Source of the DNA: Octopus vulgaris
Taxonomy: Eukaryota
Reading direction: 5' to 3'
DNA: 64,000 nt
NCBI GenBank assembly: GCA_951406725.2
Contig: OX597814.1
Location: forward strand, 113,708,001 to 113,772,000
Each line of letters starts with the position of its first letter. Position 1 is the first letter of the stretch. Shown here piece after piece: positions 14,607 to 28,570 of the stretch. The notes under the pieces are model-generated. The model worked only from the letters and a program-made list of their open reading frames with translations, searched no databases and was not told where the DNA came from. The position numbers were made by a program, and so were the translations under genes.

Positions 14607-14902
14607 AAGATATCTGTCTAGACTTCGCAAATATATATATATATTTTCAGAGAAATGTATTCACTGATCACCAAAATCAGAAATATTGAATTTCTAAATA
14701 TCTCATAGAGATATGTACGGTGACAGTATACAACCACTCTATCGCCCCACCATCGTACATATCTCTATGAGATATTTAGAAATTTAATATTTCTGATATT
14801 TATTTATTTTATTTTATAAATGCAAAACAACACCACGGAGGAATTGACGTAAGCTTAAATAATAAACCGTGATAGGTGAACCGCGATATGGTGAGGTATT
14901 AC

Positions 14903-14996
<94 letters not shown>

Positions 14997-15098
14997 TGTG
15001 TGTATGTGTGTGTGTATGTGTGTGTGAAAGAAGTCCGTTGTATATACATACATACATACGTATATAATACATATAATATATATGTATGTGTGTGCGCG

Positions 15099-15149
<51 letters not shown>

Positions 15150-16512
15150 TTGTTTTCCACCACCGTTGGACAATCGGTGTTGGTGTGTTGGCATTTTAGC
15201 AGCTCGGCAAAAGAGCTCGATAGAATAAGTACCAGACTTAGAAAAAAGTAAGTGCTGGGATCGATTTCTTCGACTAAAAATCTTTCTACAAACCGGTGCT
15301 CCAGCATGGCCGCAGTCTAATGGCTGACACATGTAAAAGATAAACGAGCATCTACAGTTTATTTTAAGATAATGCAACTCTCTATATAATCCTTTCTGAA
15401 GCACAATGCCTCAAATTTGGGGAAAGGTATTAAGTCGATTATATCGACTCCAGTACGCAACTGGTACTTAATTTATTGACCTCTAAAGGATGAAAGGCAA
15501 AGTCGACCCCGGGGGAATTTGAAGACAGACGAAATGCCTATTTATTTACTACCCACAAGAGGCTAAACACAGAAAGGACAAACAAGGACAGACAAACGGA
15601 TTAAGTCGATTATATCGACCCTAGTTCATAACTGGTACTTATTTAATCGACCTCGAAAGGATGAAAGGCTAAGTCGACCTCGGCGGAATTTGAACTCAGA
15701 ACGTAACGGCAGACGAAATACCGCTACGCATTTCGCCCGGCGTGCTAACGTTTCTGCTAGCTCGCCGCCTTGCAACCCTCTAATGCAGAGGTTCCCAAAG
15801 TGCGTGGTATTACCCTCGTGTGGTGGTGGAAAGTTCCAAGGGGGCGTTGAGGAAAAGTGGGTTGATAATGAGGTAGCGATTCATGTGAAAAGTAGGGTAT
15901 TACAGGGTAGCGATTCATGTAAATAACGAGTCGTACATTCTGAGTGCAACGAGAAATAAAGTGTCTTGCTCAAGGACACAACTGGCTGCTGGGGATCGAA
16001 GTCATAACCTTAGGATCGCGAGCGTATTACCCTAACCACTAAGCCACGCGCCTTCACCCATAATCCAATAACAAGAAGCTGCATCCAAGATTTTAGCGAG
16101 AAGGGCAATGATCAATATAATCAGCTTCTCTTCTTGAGCTGTTGCTACCTGGAACTTACTATCATCGTCTTGGCTTCCTCTGGTCTTTGATGTTTATTCC
16201 TTTAAGCTTTCTGTGTATCAAATTCTTTTAAATTCCTATGCCCCATTTCCTCTCCCCACCACTTTTTCGTTTTTGAAGTCCCTTACGCTAAAGCCTTGCC
16301 TCAGACAAAATCCTATTAAAAAATGGTAAGTGTTCTTGTAGTGAACTGAAAGAGGTACTTTCTCGGTCAACCAGGATGTGTGGACTTCCTTGGTTGGCTC
16401 TGGATGGAACTCCACACTTTTGGGGAAATTTTAATTTTTTAATTATCGTTGTTAATTGTTATTATTTTTATCATGTAGACATAATTTTGCACTAAGCCTC
16501 AAATTCCGCTGA

Positions 16513-17073
16513 TGTAGGTATTGATACATCAATTAGAAAGCATTTTTTTCCTTCATGATCTCTGACAACTATATCTGGCCTGTTGGCCTTAATTTCTCTA
16601 TCTGTGTGTATCGGCATATCCCAGAGTATGGTTACTTTCTCGTTTTCTGTGATCTTTTCTGGTGTGTGCCTATACCATCTTTTTTCTGTTGTTATTCCAT
16701 AATGTTGGCATAGCTTCCAATGTATGTAGGTTCCAACTCTGTCATGTCTGTGAATATATTCCTTCTTAGCCAGGACTGGGCAGCTAGAGATAATATGATT
16801 TATTGTTTCTTGTCCATCTCCACATATTCTGCAGTTACTTGTAATATTTCTTTTCATTACATGTTTTTGGTAATTTCTGGTGGGGAGGCTTTGGTCTTGT
16901 GCTGCAATTAAAAATCCCTCTGTTTCTGCTTTGAGTCCTGAACTTCTCAACCATTGCTGGGATTTTTCTTTGTCTATTTCTTTTGCATTTGGTTTAGTCC
17001 AGTATTTACCATGAAGGGGCTTTTCTTGCCATCGTTTTATCATGGCTCGTTGCTGTTCTATTTTTAGTTTTAG

Positions 17074-17075
<2 letters not shown>
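16513..17075 (-). pseudogene. R4/Dong-clade non-LTR retrotransposon fragment (CCHC finger and start of restriction-like endonuclease)
   Basis: ETEGFLIAAQDQ; CRICGDGQETINHIISSC; RHD; ILWDMPIHTDREIKANRPDIVV. Abuts (TAA)n. Confidence 0.88.
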
Positions 17076-17148
<73 letters not shown>

Positions 17149-17703
17149 GAGTGAGAGAGCAGTGCATGCCATCAAAGTGACACTGGGGTACAAATATACG
17201 AAGCCCAGTATACCCATCATGACTACCCGTCTGATAAGGGTACACCAGGCACATGCATCACAACCATATGTGCGCGACATGGTGATCTCATATCAAGATA
17301 AACAGCACATGACCTTGCAGGTGGGGCCCAGTTAGAATTTTCTTCAGGTTGAGTAGCCCATCCCGCTCAAAAGGTCCCTGAATAAGGGTTGTTTAAGGAT
17401 GTTGAAAGAACCACCCATGTTTCCAGAGGTGAATCATTCAAACCCTAAAGAATCCCTCTCAACACATGGCTATGATGCTCCCCCACTACTTCTACTCGTG
17501 ATCAGATTTGCACATATCGTCAGCCACTAAGGGACATGCTCAACTGGTTACGGTCAAACAACTGACAAGCAAATCTGTGGTATTGAGCAGAATATTTGCT
17601 GTAGCCCATCTTTTATACCAAGACAAAACAATATACATGATAACACTTCCAGTCAGTTAAGATCAGAAGCCATGAGAGCCGATGCCTGGTACTGCATTAG
17701 GGC
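17149..17703 (-). mobile_element. ~555-bp non-coding repeat inserted in (TAA)n
   Basis: Highly similar to 26588-27050. Both copies are bounded by (TAA)n and share the same left end. Confidence 0.8.
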
Positions 17704-17711
17704 ATTATTGC

Positions 17712-17913
<202 letters not shown>

Positions 17914-18007
17914 ATCATCATCATAATTATTATTATTAATATAATAATTATTACTATTATTATTATTATTATTATCATTATTACTATTATTATTATTTTT
18001 ATTATTA

Positions 18008-18065
<58 letters not shown>

Positions 18066-18067
18066 CA

Positions 18068-18122
<55 letters not shown>

Positions 18123-18440
18123 CATCATCATCATCATTATTATTATTATTATTATTATCAGCAGCAGCAGCCTTAATACACCTTTAAAATGAAACACCTC
18201 ACCCCTTTCGGCTTCGCCAATCCTTCCCGCTGCTTTCGCCATTACAACCACTTCATAGTCGTCAGCACTAATATCGTTTTTCCTCTCCTTGTCTCTCGTT
18301 ATCATCTCCTAACTTGACCTTTCACTAAAACGCCGCTGTAAACCCTCCACTTATTGATTGGGCCACCGCTACGTACGATAAGATTCATTATTTCCAGACT
18401 CCACTTCTTAGAAAGGGAATGCCACACGCACACACACACA

Positions 18441-18491
<51 letters not shown>

Positions 18492-18540
18492 GTATACACA
18501 CACATACAAACATCTATACATACACATACATATATACAAG

Positions 18541-18576
<36 letters not shown>

Positions 18577-18625
18577 GATATATATATACACACACACACT
18601 GACATATATGTATACGCACATATGT

Positions 18626-18680
<55 letters not shown>

Positions 18681-18962
18681 ATATATATGTGTATATCTAT
18701 CTATCTATCTCTCTATATATTTATATGTATTCTTTTATTCTTTTATCCTTTTATTTGTTTCAGCCATTTGATTGCGGCCATGCTGGAGCACCGCCTTTAG
18801 TGGAGCAAATCGACCCCAGGACTTATTCTTTGTAAGCCTAGTACTTATTCTATCAGTATCTTTTGCCGAACCGTTAGTGTTACGGGGACGTAAACACCAC
18901 ACCAGCATCGGTTGTCAAGCGATGTTGGGGGGACGAACACAACACACACACACACACACACA

Positions 18963-19003
<41 letters not shown>

Positions 19004-19169
19004 AGACATATATATGTAGGACGGGTTCCTTTCAGTTTCCGTCTACCCAATCCACTCACAAGGCATTGGTCGGCCCGAGGCTATAGTAGAATACACTTGT
19101 CCAAAGTACCACACAGTGGGACTGAACCTAGAGTCATGTGGTTGGTAAGCAAGCTCCTTACCACACAGC

Positions 19170-19233
<64 letters not shown>

Positions 19234-20273
19234 ACATCTATATTTACACGCATATATATGCGTTATTAACGTAAATGTGACCATATTTATGCTATTCCGA
19301 AATGACTTTTTCCGTCCATTTGAACATTGAGAGCTGTCAGTCTCACTAAATAACCAAATTGAAAACTCTTTGGCGAAGGAAAAGCATTAGTGCTCCAGCT
19401 GAAAACCCAATAACTCAGCTACTGGCGAAAAACAAGAACAAAAAGAACTGGCGATTGTTGTAAATACTAAGGAGGCTGCTGATTGCTCTGCCACGCCCCA
19501 GAAAGACTTCCATCTGACCTCAACCGTTAACAAAAGTTACTATCTGATACAGGAAGCAGAATCCGTTGAATTGTTGCCGTGTTAATACATATATGATGTC
19601 TAGAGGCATAAAGTATGTACGTTAAAATCATAAAACAATTGATATTTTTCTTTTTCTGTTTTATGCAGTTGATGGATGGTGTGGGTGTCTAGACTCATAG
19701 TAAATCTAACAAGCTTTATGATATCTTGGTTTTAATGCACTTATGGCTTTCCATACATAATTCACTCTTGAGGGGACTTGGATGCTCATCAATAATACGT
19801 CAAAGGGTTTTTCATCAAAGATTGATTATCTTCGGTTTCTGACATTCGGTTTGTTCCACTTGGTGTCACGAATTCTGTCGACCAGACTTCTTAAAAAAAC
19901 AAAAAAAAAAAAACCCAGTTTCTTTTAGTGTTGCTGTATTGATAATTTCTGTGTTTTTAACAAAATTTCCGTAATATTTAATAATAGGCGCAGGAGTGGC
20001 TGTGTGGTAAGTAGATTGCTTATCAACCACATGGTTCCAGGTTCAATGTCACTGCGTGGCATCTTGGGCAAGGGTCTTCTACTATAGCCTCGGGCCGACC
20101 AAAGCCTTGTGAGTGGATTTGGTAGACGGAAACTGAAAGAAGCCCGTCGTATATATGTATATATATATATATATAACGGGAAGCTTTATGAAGATAGACA
20201 AAAGACGAAGGCAGGTGGAAAACAAACAAACAATTGTATTAGTATGGCGCTCAGGAAATATAAATAAAACAAG

Positions 20274-20311
20274 TCTTTAACGTTTCGAGCCTACGCTCTT
20301 CAACAGAAAGA
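20274..20311 (-). ncRNA. Minimal hammerhead-like motif (variant core) in the 3' pseudo-LTR
   Basis: Minus strand: TCTTT-CTGTTGAA-GAGC(GTAG)GCTC-GAAAC-GTT-AAAGA. Stem I is 5 bp, stem II is 4 bp and stem III is the palindromic ACGT. The core departs from CUGANGA. Confidence 0.6.
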
Positions 20312-20553
20312 TACACAGAGAGAAAAAAAACACAGAAAGAAGGAGAGAAAAAAAATGCGACTCAACATGGCGATCTGATTTCGACCAGAGGTCAAAGATC
20401 AAACATGAGACGCGAGAACGAAATAAGGGGAGATAATAGGGTTGATAATAGGGTTGATAATAGGGTTGAATGACCAGCTATTAGTGCGTAGGAGGGGTCT
20501 GGACGTGTGTATGTATAGGGTTGGTGTATGTATTAGTATGTATTAGTATGTAT

Positions 20554-20588
<35 letters not shown>

Positions 20589-21170
20589 AGAGAGTATTAG
20601 TGCGTAGGATAGGTCTGGACGTGCGTATGTATGGGGTTGGTGTATGTATTAGTATGTATTAGTATGTATTAGTACGTATTAGTATGTGTGTGTGTGTGTG
20701 TGTGTGTATGAGAGAGTATAAGTGCGTATGAGGGGTCTGGACGTGTGTATGTATAGGGTTGGTGTATGTATTAGTATGTATTAGTATGTATTAGTACGTA
20801 TTAGTATGTATTAGTTGGTGTATGTATTAGTATGGCACATCATATATGATGTGATGTGTAAAGTCGTGTGGTGTAGTGAGGAGAAGAGGGGGAGAAGAGG
20901 GGGGAAGAACGGGGGGAAGAAGAGGGGGAGGAGAGGGGGAAGAGGAGATGAGGGGGAGAATGAAGGGGAGGAGGAGGGGGAGGAGTAGGGGGGAGGAAGG
21001 AGGAAAGAGGGAGAGGGGGAGAGATAAGGGGAGTGAGGGAGCAGAGGGAAGGGGAAGAGGGAAGGAGGGAGGGAGAAAGAGGGAAGAAGGGAAGGGGAGT
21101 AGGGGTGAAAGGATGAAGGACTGAAGAAGTAGGGGTCGGGGGGAGGATAGGTGAGGAGGGGGAGAGGGGG

Positions 21171-24081
21171 TTAGATGAGGAGGGGGGGAGAGTTGAGACC
21201 AAATGGCGTATAAGAGCGAAGAGAGAAGATTAATTCCTGTTCACGGCGCAAACGGGAATCCGGATGGCCTCTGTGTAAGGACAAACCGAACACAGATAGG
21301 TGTTGCAAGGAGTGGCCGGTGGAGCGGAAATGGCGTGAGACCGGTGTGTCGTTCGCAAGGTGGATGTCACGAAGGTGTTCCGCGAACCGGTCAGCCAAGC
21401 GGCGTCCCGTTTGTCCGATGTACAAGGAATTGCAGAGAGAGCAAGAGACGCAATAGATAATATTGCTGGAGGTGCAGGTGAAGGAGTGGATGATGGGATA
21501 GGGTCGATGGTGTGTGCTAGTGAGGCGGGTGGTGTTGGAGAGGTAAGGGCAAGTGCGGCAACGTGGGCGGGAGCAGGGGGAACGAGCCGGGTTGGGAGGT
21601 AGGGTCAGGGAAGGAGCTATGGACCAAAAGGTCTCGAAGGTTGTGGGCTCGTTTGAAAGAGGGGAGGGGTCGGTTAGGGAAGAGGTGTGAAGTGGACGGG
21701 TCGGACTGGAGATGACGGAAAGCTCGAAGAATGGTGCGTTGGAGACGTAGGGTCGTGGGGTGGTAAGTGAGGGGAAAAGGGAGGCGGGAGACTACAGGGC
21801 GGGTTCGGGGAGAGAGAGCAGATACACGGTCCACGGACCGTGCTCTGGCAAGGGCGGTGTGGATAGTGGTGAGGGGGTATCCACGTAGGGTGAAGTGGTG
21901 AGCCATACGTTGAGACTGAGTCTCAAAGTCATGGTCGTCACTACAGAGCCTACGTAGACGGAGGAATTGGGAATATGGGATGGAAAGCTTGGTGTGTTCT
22001 GGGTGGGAGGAAGAGAAGTTGAGGTATGAGGTATGAGTGTGAGTCTGTGTGTTTGTAGTGAATGGAGGTGGTAAGAGTGGAGTGAAGAATGCTAACCGAA
22101 ATGTCGAGGAAGGAGACAGAGGTGTTGGAGATAGTGGAAGTGAAGTGGAGGGCTGGATGGAAAGATTGGACGAAAGAGAGGAAGGAATCTAGATGTTCAC
22201 GGGAGAGTGAGGTGGCACCGATAATGTCGTCAATGTAACGACCATATAGTTTAGGAGTGGGACCAGTGAAATTAGAGAATATTTGGGCCTCAACATAGCC
22301 AACGAACAGGTTCGCATAGTTGGGGCCCATTCGCGTTCCCATGGCCACTCCCGAGATCTGATGGTAGAACTCGCCCGCGAACGAGAAGCAGTTCAGAGTA
22401 AGGACAAGTTCGGCCAGACGAATGAGTATGGAGGTGTCAGGTACAGGGTTAGAGCGGAGGTCAAGAAAGTGTCGAAGGGCCTGCAGTCCTTCGTGGTGAG
22501 GGATAACAGTATAGAGGCTTTGGATGTCCATAGTAAAAAGGATTTTGGAGGAGCCGGGAGGAAAGGAGAAAGAGTTGAAAAGCCGGAGAGCATGGTTGGT
22601 ATCGTGGATGTGGGAGGGAAGAGATGCCACTAGGGGGGAAGTACACGGTCGAGGTATTTAGAGATGAGCTCCGTGGGGCAGTTACAGGCGGAGACGATGG
22701 GGCGGCCAGGGTTGTTGGGTTTGTGGATTTTGGGGAGGAAGTAAATGGTGGGGGTACGTGGGGTTAGCACAATTAGGTTGGATGCGGTGCGGGGGAGACG
22801 GGAGGACGAGATGAGGTCGCGGACAGTAGAGGATACCGTCTGTTGGTAGCTACGTGTGGGGTTAGAGGGCAGAGGGGAATAGAAGGAGGTGTCATTGAGT
22901 TGGCGGAAAGCCTCGGCCCTATAGAGGTCCGCGCGCCACACCACTACAGCTCCACCCTTGTCAGCCGGTTTGATGATAATGTCAGCGCGCCGTTGGAGGG
23001 AACGAAGAGCCAAGAGCTCAGCCGGGGAGATGTTGAGGCGGCGTTGGCGCCTGGAGAAGTTGAACCGCTCCAATGCACGCTGACAAGCGCCCGCGAAAAG
23101 ATCCACTGCTAGGATCTGGCCAGGGGCAGGCGTCCACGGGGATGGTCGGCGGCCCAGGCCAGTGAAGCAGTCCTCTTCGTTGGGTGTGGGTGGCGAGTCG
23201 TGGTAATGCGCACCCAACCGGACACGGCGCACAAAGCTGTGGACATCAACTCGCGTCTGGAATTCCTTACAGGATGGAGTGAGGGGGATGAAACGCAGAC
23301 CCCTACCAAGGACGGAGCGTTCAGCCGCAGAGAGGGAAGATCGGGGGGAATGGTAACAACAGACGGAAGTGGAGAAGGGGTGGGTGGAATAGAAGTAGGA
23401 GGGGTGGTAGGTCTCGTGGAGGTCTTAGGGGGAGGGATTGGGGTGGTGTGTGGGGGGTGGTTGGGGGGCAGTAGGGTTAGGTGTAGGTGGATGGAGCCTA
23501 TCGGGAGGGGAGAAGGGGTTGTAGGGAGGGGCAGTGGGGTTAGGTGTGGGTGGATGGAGCCTATCGGGAGGGGAGAAGGGTGGTGGAGGAGTTGGGGTAG
23601 TGGCGTCGGGTAGGGTGGAATGGAAGAGTGATTGGAGTTTACGAAGTTTGGTATCAGAAAGAAATTGATGGAAGAGTTGATTCAAATGGATAATGAAGCG
23701 TAGCGTGTTTGGAGCATAGAGAGGCGGCAGAGAGGAGAAGAAGGTGGAGAAAGCAGGAGGAAGAAGGCGGTTGATGGCATGTAGTTTAGAGAGATTGGAG
23801 CGAATGGTGGCCCGCATAAGGCGGTAAGATGTGGTGCGGAGTATGGGTAAGATGGAAGAATCCGAGTGGAGAGCAGGGTGGAAGTGGAGGCGGAAACCTT
23901 TAGGGATGAGTCGGTGATGTAGGCAGCGGCTTAGGAAAGAGACATGGCTAGAGAAGCGGGTTTTTTTAAAAAGAAGTAGAGAGAGATTAACGGACGGCTG
24001 AAGGCAATATACAGGAAGTGAACGGAGATGATCCTTCAAACGATGATGGAGGGTGAGGAGGTAGGACCTAGGATCCGGCAT
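21171..24081 (-). pseudogene. PLE polyprotein (reverse transcriptase + Cys linker + GIY-YIG endonuclease), split by several frameshifts
   Basis: Motifs: N-terminal FLSRCLHHRLIPKGF; IIIKPADKGGAVVVW; IYFLPKIHKPNNPGRPIVS; FTMDIQSLYT; GVAMGTRMGPNYANLFVG; YGRYIDD; C-x4-C-x2-C near 21550-21580; IIYC...YIGQTGRRLADRFAEH...REQELIFSLRSYTPFGLN. Frameshifts fall at G runs and a 7-bp duplication (~22020-22035), so some may be sequencing errors. Confidence 0.92.
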
Positions 24082-24798
24082 GATGGGATAGCGGAAAAAA
24101 ACAAACGTTCGAAAAAACAAAAAACAAAAAATTATCGTATGAAAAAAATAGAAAAAAAAGGATAGCGAAAAAAGGGGAAAAAACAAACGTTCAAAAAAAC
24201 AAAAAAATAATAATCGTATGAAAAAACTAGATAAGTAAGCGATAGGGGCAGAAAAGACGGGGCAAACGGAAAAGGGAAAGAAAGAAGGGAAGCAGAGAGA
24301 GGGGGAGGCAAAAAAAAGGGGGGTGCAGGCAGAGGAAACAGAGTATGGACATCCAGAGAGGAAGAAAGACGGAAAGGAGAACAAAAATGCAGGAAAATGT
24401 GGAAAGCATGAAATGAATGTAAAAAAAGTGGTAATATATGAGAAAATAAAAATACAACAAACGGGACAGTTTATGCGAACAAGTTCAAGGTTGAAAGTTC
24501 AAGGTGAGAAATGTGTAGACGTCGTGGTATATTTTTTAAGGATTTCACATCAATGCAAAGTCACTTTGATCCGCGAAAGAGAGGTGCAGCCAATGGTAAG
24601 TATCCAAGAGGTAAAGAAAATCCAAGGTAGAGGTAAGTGTTGATAGTGGTATTGGTAGAATATAGGATGAAAGTGAGACCACGTGAGCGCATAATATATA
24701 ACGGGAAGCTTTATGAAAATAGACAAAAGACGAAGGCAGGTGGAAAACAAACAAACAATTGTATTAGTATGGCGCTCAGGAAATATAAATAAAACAAG

Positions 24799-24836
24799 TC
24801 TTTAACGTTTCGAGCCTACGCTCTTCAACAGAAAGA
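24799..24836 (-). ncRNA. Minimal hammerhead-like motif (variant core) in the 5' pseudo-LTR
   Basis: Identical copy of 20274-20311 in the second pseudo-LTR. Confidence 0.6.
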
Positions 24837-26455
24837 TACACAGAGAGAAAAAAAACACAGAAAGAAGGAGAGAAAAAAAATGCGTGCAGTAACTAACGAA
24901 TCAACATGGCGATCTGATTTCGGCCAGAGGTCAAAGATCAAACATGAGACGCGAGAGCGAAATAAGGGGAGATAATAGGGTTGATAATAGGGTTGAATGA
25001 CCAGCTATTAGTGCGTAGGAGGGGTCTGGACGTGTATATGTATAGGGTTGGTGTATGTATTAGTATGTATTAGTATGTATAAGGGTGTGTGTGTGTGTGT
25101 GTGTGTGTATGAGAGAGTATTAGTGCGTAGGATAGGTCTGGACGTGCGTATGTATGGGGTTGGTGTATGTATTAGTATGTATTAGTACGTATTAGTATGT
25201 GTGTGTGTGTGTGTGTATGAGAGAGTATAAGTGCGTATGAGGGGTCTGGACGTGTGTATGTATAGGGTTGGTGTATGTATTAGTATGTATTAGTATGTGT
25301 TAGTACGTATTAGTATGTATTAGTTGGTGTATGTATTAGTATGGCACATATATATATATATTATGTGTGTGTATGTGTTTATGTGTCTGTGTTTGTCCCC
25401 CTAGCATTGCTTGACAACCGATGTTGGTGTGTTTACGTCCCCATAACTTAGATGCTCGGCAAAAGAGACCGATAGAATAAGTACTGGGCTTACAAAGGAT
25501 AAATCACGGGGGCGATTTGCTCGACTAAAGGCGGTGCTTCAGCATGGCCGCAGTCAAATGACTGAAACAAGTAAAAGAGTAAAAGAGTAGACTAATATTC
25601 GTGTCTGTTATTTGCTCCGATTATGGCTGGTTCTGTCTGGAATTCTTTTTGGGTTATAATTCCTGTTTCTTTGTGTCTGTTGGAATCCTCGATTCCTAGA
25701 TATTTCTGTGTTGAGGAAGAAAGGCTTTTAGATTCTTTTAGTGGAGTTGCTATGGTGTCTAAATATCTTTTGTTATTTTGGCGTTTTTGGCGGATATAAA
25801 TTTGATATTTTGCTCCTTGTTTTACCGTTTGTGAATTATCTTCGTAGATTTTAAATTTCATCAGGAATTTCGTTTTACTTTCTGTAAGTTACAATCTTTG
25901 AACCTGGCAGGTACTGTCTTGAAAAAGAAGTGATTCTTCTAGTGGCGGTTGTCAAAATGTTCTAGAATGTTCTGGTATTATTTTTCGTGTCTTGACGATT
26001 ATGAAACAAACTGTGAAACATCAAAATATCAAAATATTTTGATAAATGTTTTACAGTTTTTGAGGAACGTTTCTTAGTTCTAACTTACTTCAGGAATGGA
26101 TCATCAGTTCATATCCCGGGATCACGTGATCGGCCAGACTATCCGATGTTGCTATACGACACTGGTCACAATACGCTTCCTATCGTTTTAGTATTCGATT
26201 GACACCACCCCACTGACTAGGTGAGCAGGCCAACATTACCCCCCACTGATCGGAAGGCTAGTCCGTCACAGGGTGACCCATTTACGGTCGAGTGGACTGG
26301 AGCAACGTGAAATGTAGTGCTTTGCTCAAGAACACAACGCGTCGCCCGGTCCAGGAATCGAAGCCACAGTCTCACGCACAACGCGCCTAACCACTAGGTC
26401 ATGCACCTTCACATCAATATAATATAGTATAGTATGGCTTCTTCTTCTTCTTCTT

Positions 26456-26587
<132 letters not shown>

Positions 26588-27050
26588 GAGTGGGCGAGCA
26601 GAGCATGCCATCAAAGTGACACTGGGGTAAAATATACGAAGCCCAGTATACCCATCATGACTACCTGTCTGATAAGGGTACACCAGGCACATGCATCACA
26701 ACCATATGTGCGCGACATGGTGATCTCATATCAAGATAAACAGCACATGACCTTGCAGGTGGAGCCCAGTTAGAATTTTCTTCAGATCGAGTAACCCATC
26801 CCGCTCAAAAGGTCCCTGAATAAGGGTTGTTTAAGGACGTTGAACGAAACACCCATGTTTCCAGAGGTGAATTATTCAAACCCCAAAGAATCCTTCTCAA
26901 CACATGGCTATGATGCTCCCCCACTACTTCTGCTCGTGATCAGAGATGCACATATCGTCAGCCACTAAGGGACATGCTCAACTGGTTAAGGTCAAACAAC
27001 TGACAAGCAAATCTGTGGTATTGAGCAGAATATTTGCTGTAGCCCATCTT
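26588..27050 (-). mobile_element. Truncated second copy of the (TAA)n-inserted non-coding repeat
   Basis: Matches 17149-17612 and lacks the last ~90 bp. Confidence 0.8.
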
Positions 27051-27178
27051 TATTATTATTATTATTATTATTGTTGTTGTTGTTATTATTATTATCATTA
27101 TTATCGTTATTATTATTGTTATCATTATTATTATTATTATTATTGTTGTTGTTGTTGTTATTATTATTATTATTGTTG

Positions 27179-27212
<34 letters not shown>

Positions 27213-27223
27213 CGTTATTATTA

Positions 27224-27260
<37 letters not shown>

Positions 27261-27262
27261 TA

Positions 27263-27309
<47 letters not shown>

Positions 27310-27311
27310 GT

Positions 27312-28297
27312 GGATCTTTTCCTTTTGATGGACGGAATTTTCAAGTTAACTAAACAATTTGAAACTTCGTATACTGGTAGAATGTGTAAAAAGAAAACAT
27401 TATTGTAAACAAAATTGAAAACAAAATTGTAATTTGTAAGTTTAACGTAGTTTAATTCTTCGAATTTTAACCAATGAAATGCCAGCATTTGAGCTCAAAT
27501 CATTTGCTGCGTTATCGATATTGATAAATAAACATAGCAGACGCACGCCGCATACACACACACACACACACACACATATATATTCAGATACATACACACG
27601 TACACTTGCACACACACACACACACACTCTGTCACTCTCTCTCTCAAACACATGCACAAGCACATAGTAATTAATATATAAGCGTACACACACATAAAAT
27701 TAATATATAAGCGTACACACACATACAAACGGAGATATACATACACACACATACGCACACAAGCATACATACACGTTCGTGAGTTCGCACTGGTGTCGAT
27801 AGAATCGACTTAATACTTTTGTATCTCATGCTTTGTCCCCTCTGTGTTTTGCCCCTTGCCGCAACAAATTTACACAAAAGGTAAATAAACCAGAGGCGGG
27901 GGTCAATGTTTCATCGTTTCGGGGTCGATAAATTAAGTACCAATTACATACTGGTGTCGAGGATTTTTTTCCCAATTTATATCACTGCCTCCGACAACCT
28001 GGGGCATCCTTTTATGAAAAAATATTTCGCAAATTTTTACAATACGACCCACACTCCACCTGCACCCACTCGACCGATTTAGGCATATTATTGTTTTGTT
28101 TTTGTTGTTTCTGGCCCTTCAAAACCATGGGAGAAGCCTTTTCGGTAAAAAAAAAGGAAAGAAAATATTCAAAATATATCGTTAATATTGGGCGACGAAA
28201 TTCATCGATTTAAGAGAGATAGCTGTTATTTCCAGCACATGCAGAAGACAGAAGAGAGAAAAGAGAAGGATGAATAACACACACACACGCGCGCGTG

Positions 28298-28330
<33 letters not shown>

Positions 28331-28570
28331 CCGTGTGTGTGTGTGCTGTTTACGTTCAACAGGATATTGTCTGAGTTTTTAGACGCAGCAAATGATTTCG
28401 GCTCAAATGCTGGCATTCATTGGTTAAAATTCGAAGAATTAAACTACGTTAAACTTACAAATTACAATTTTGTTTACAATAATGTTTCCTTTTGACACAT
28501 TCTACCATTATACGCAGTTTCAAATTGTTTAGTTAACTAGAAAATTCCGTCCATCAAAAGGAAAAGATCC
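27312..28570. mobile_element. Non-autonomous DNA transposon with ~200-bp TIRs and 8-bp TSD (Merlin- or MULE-like)
   Basis: TIRs GGATCTTTTCCTTTTGATGGACGG... at 27312-27512 and the reverse complement at ~28383-28570. TSD ATTATTGT at 27304-27311 and 28571-28578. Confidence 0.85.

Larger units (their letters stand above)
20175..25349 (-). mobile_element. Near full-length Penelope-like element (probably Neptune clade) with ~660-bp direct pseudo-LTRs, inserted in a (TA)n tract inside a SINE
   Basis: Near-identical direct repeats at 20175-20840 and 24700-25349 flank an RT + GIY-YIG coding region. (TA)n lies on both outer sides. The host SINE halves are at 19986-20150 and ~25360-25590. Confidence 0.93.

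Noticed and set aside
16492-17280. 262-aa ORF with poly-N read as one protein
   Set aside because: Chance read-through joining the non-coding repeat, a (TAA)n tract and a Dong-like fragment.
17335-17430. CTGAAGA and GAAAC on the minus strand of the 555-bp element as a type II hammerhead
   Set aside because: Stems I and II do not pair next to the core.
20452-20468. GATAATAGGGTT repeats in the pseudo-LTR as telomeric sequence
   Set aside because: A 12-bp unit in 2-3 copies, not (TTAGGG)n; the element has an endonuclease and is interstitial.
27360-27378. GAAACTTCGTA as a hammerhead 3' half
   Set aside because: No upstream CUGANGA or stem I; it is part of a DNA-transposon TIR.
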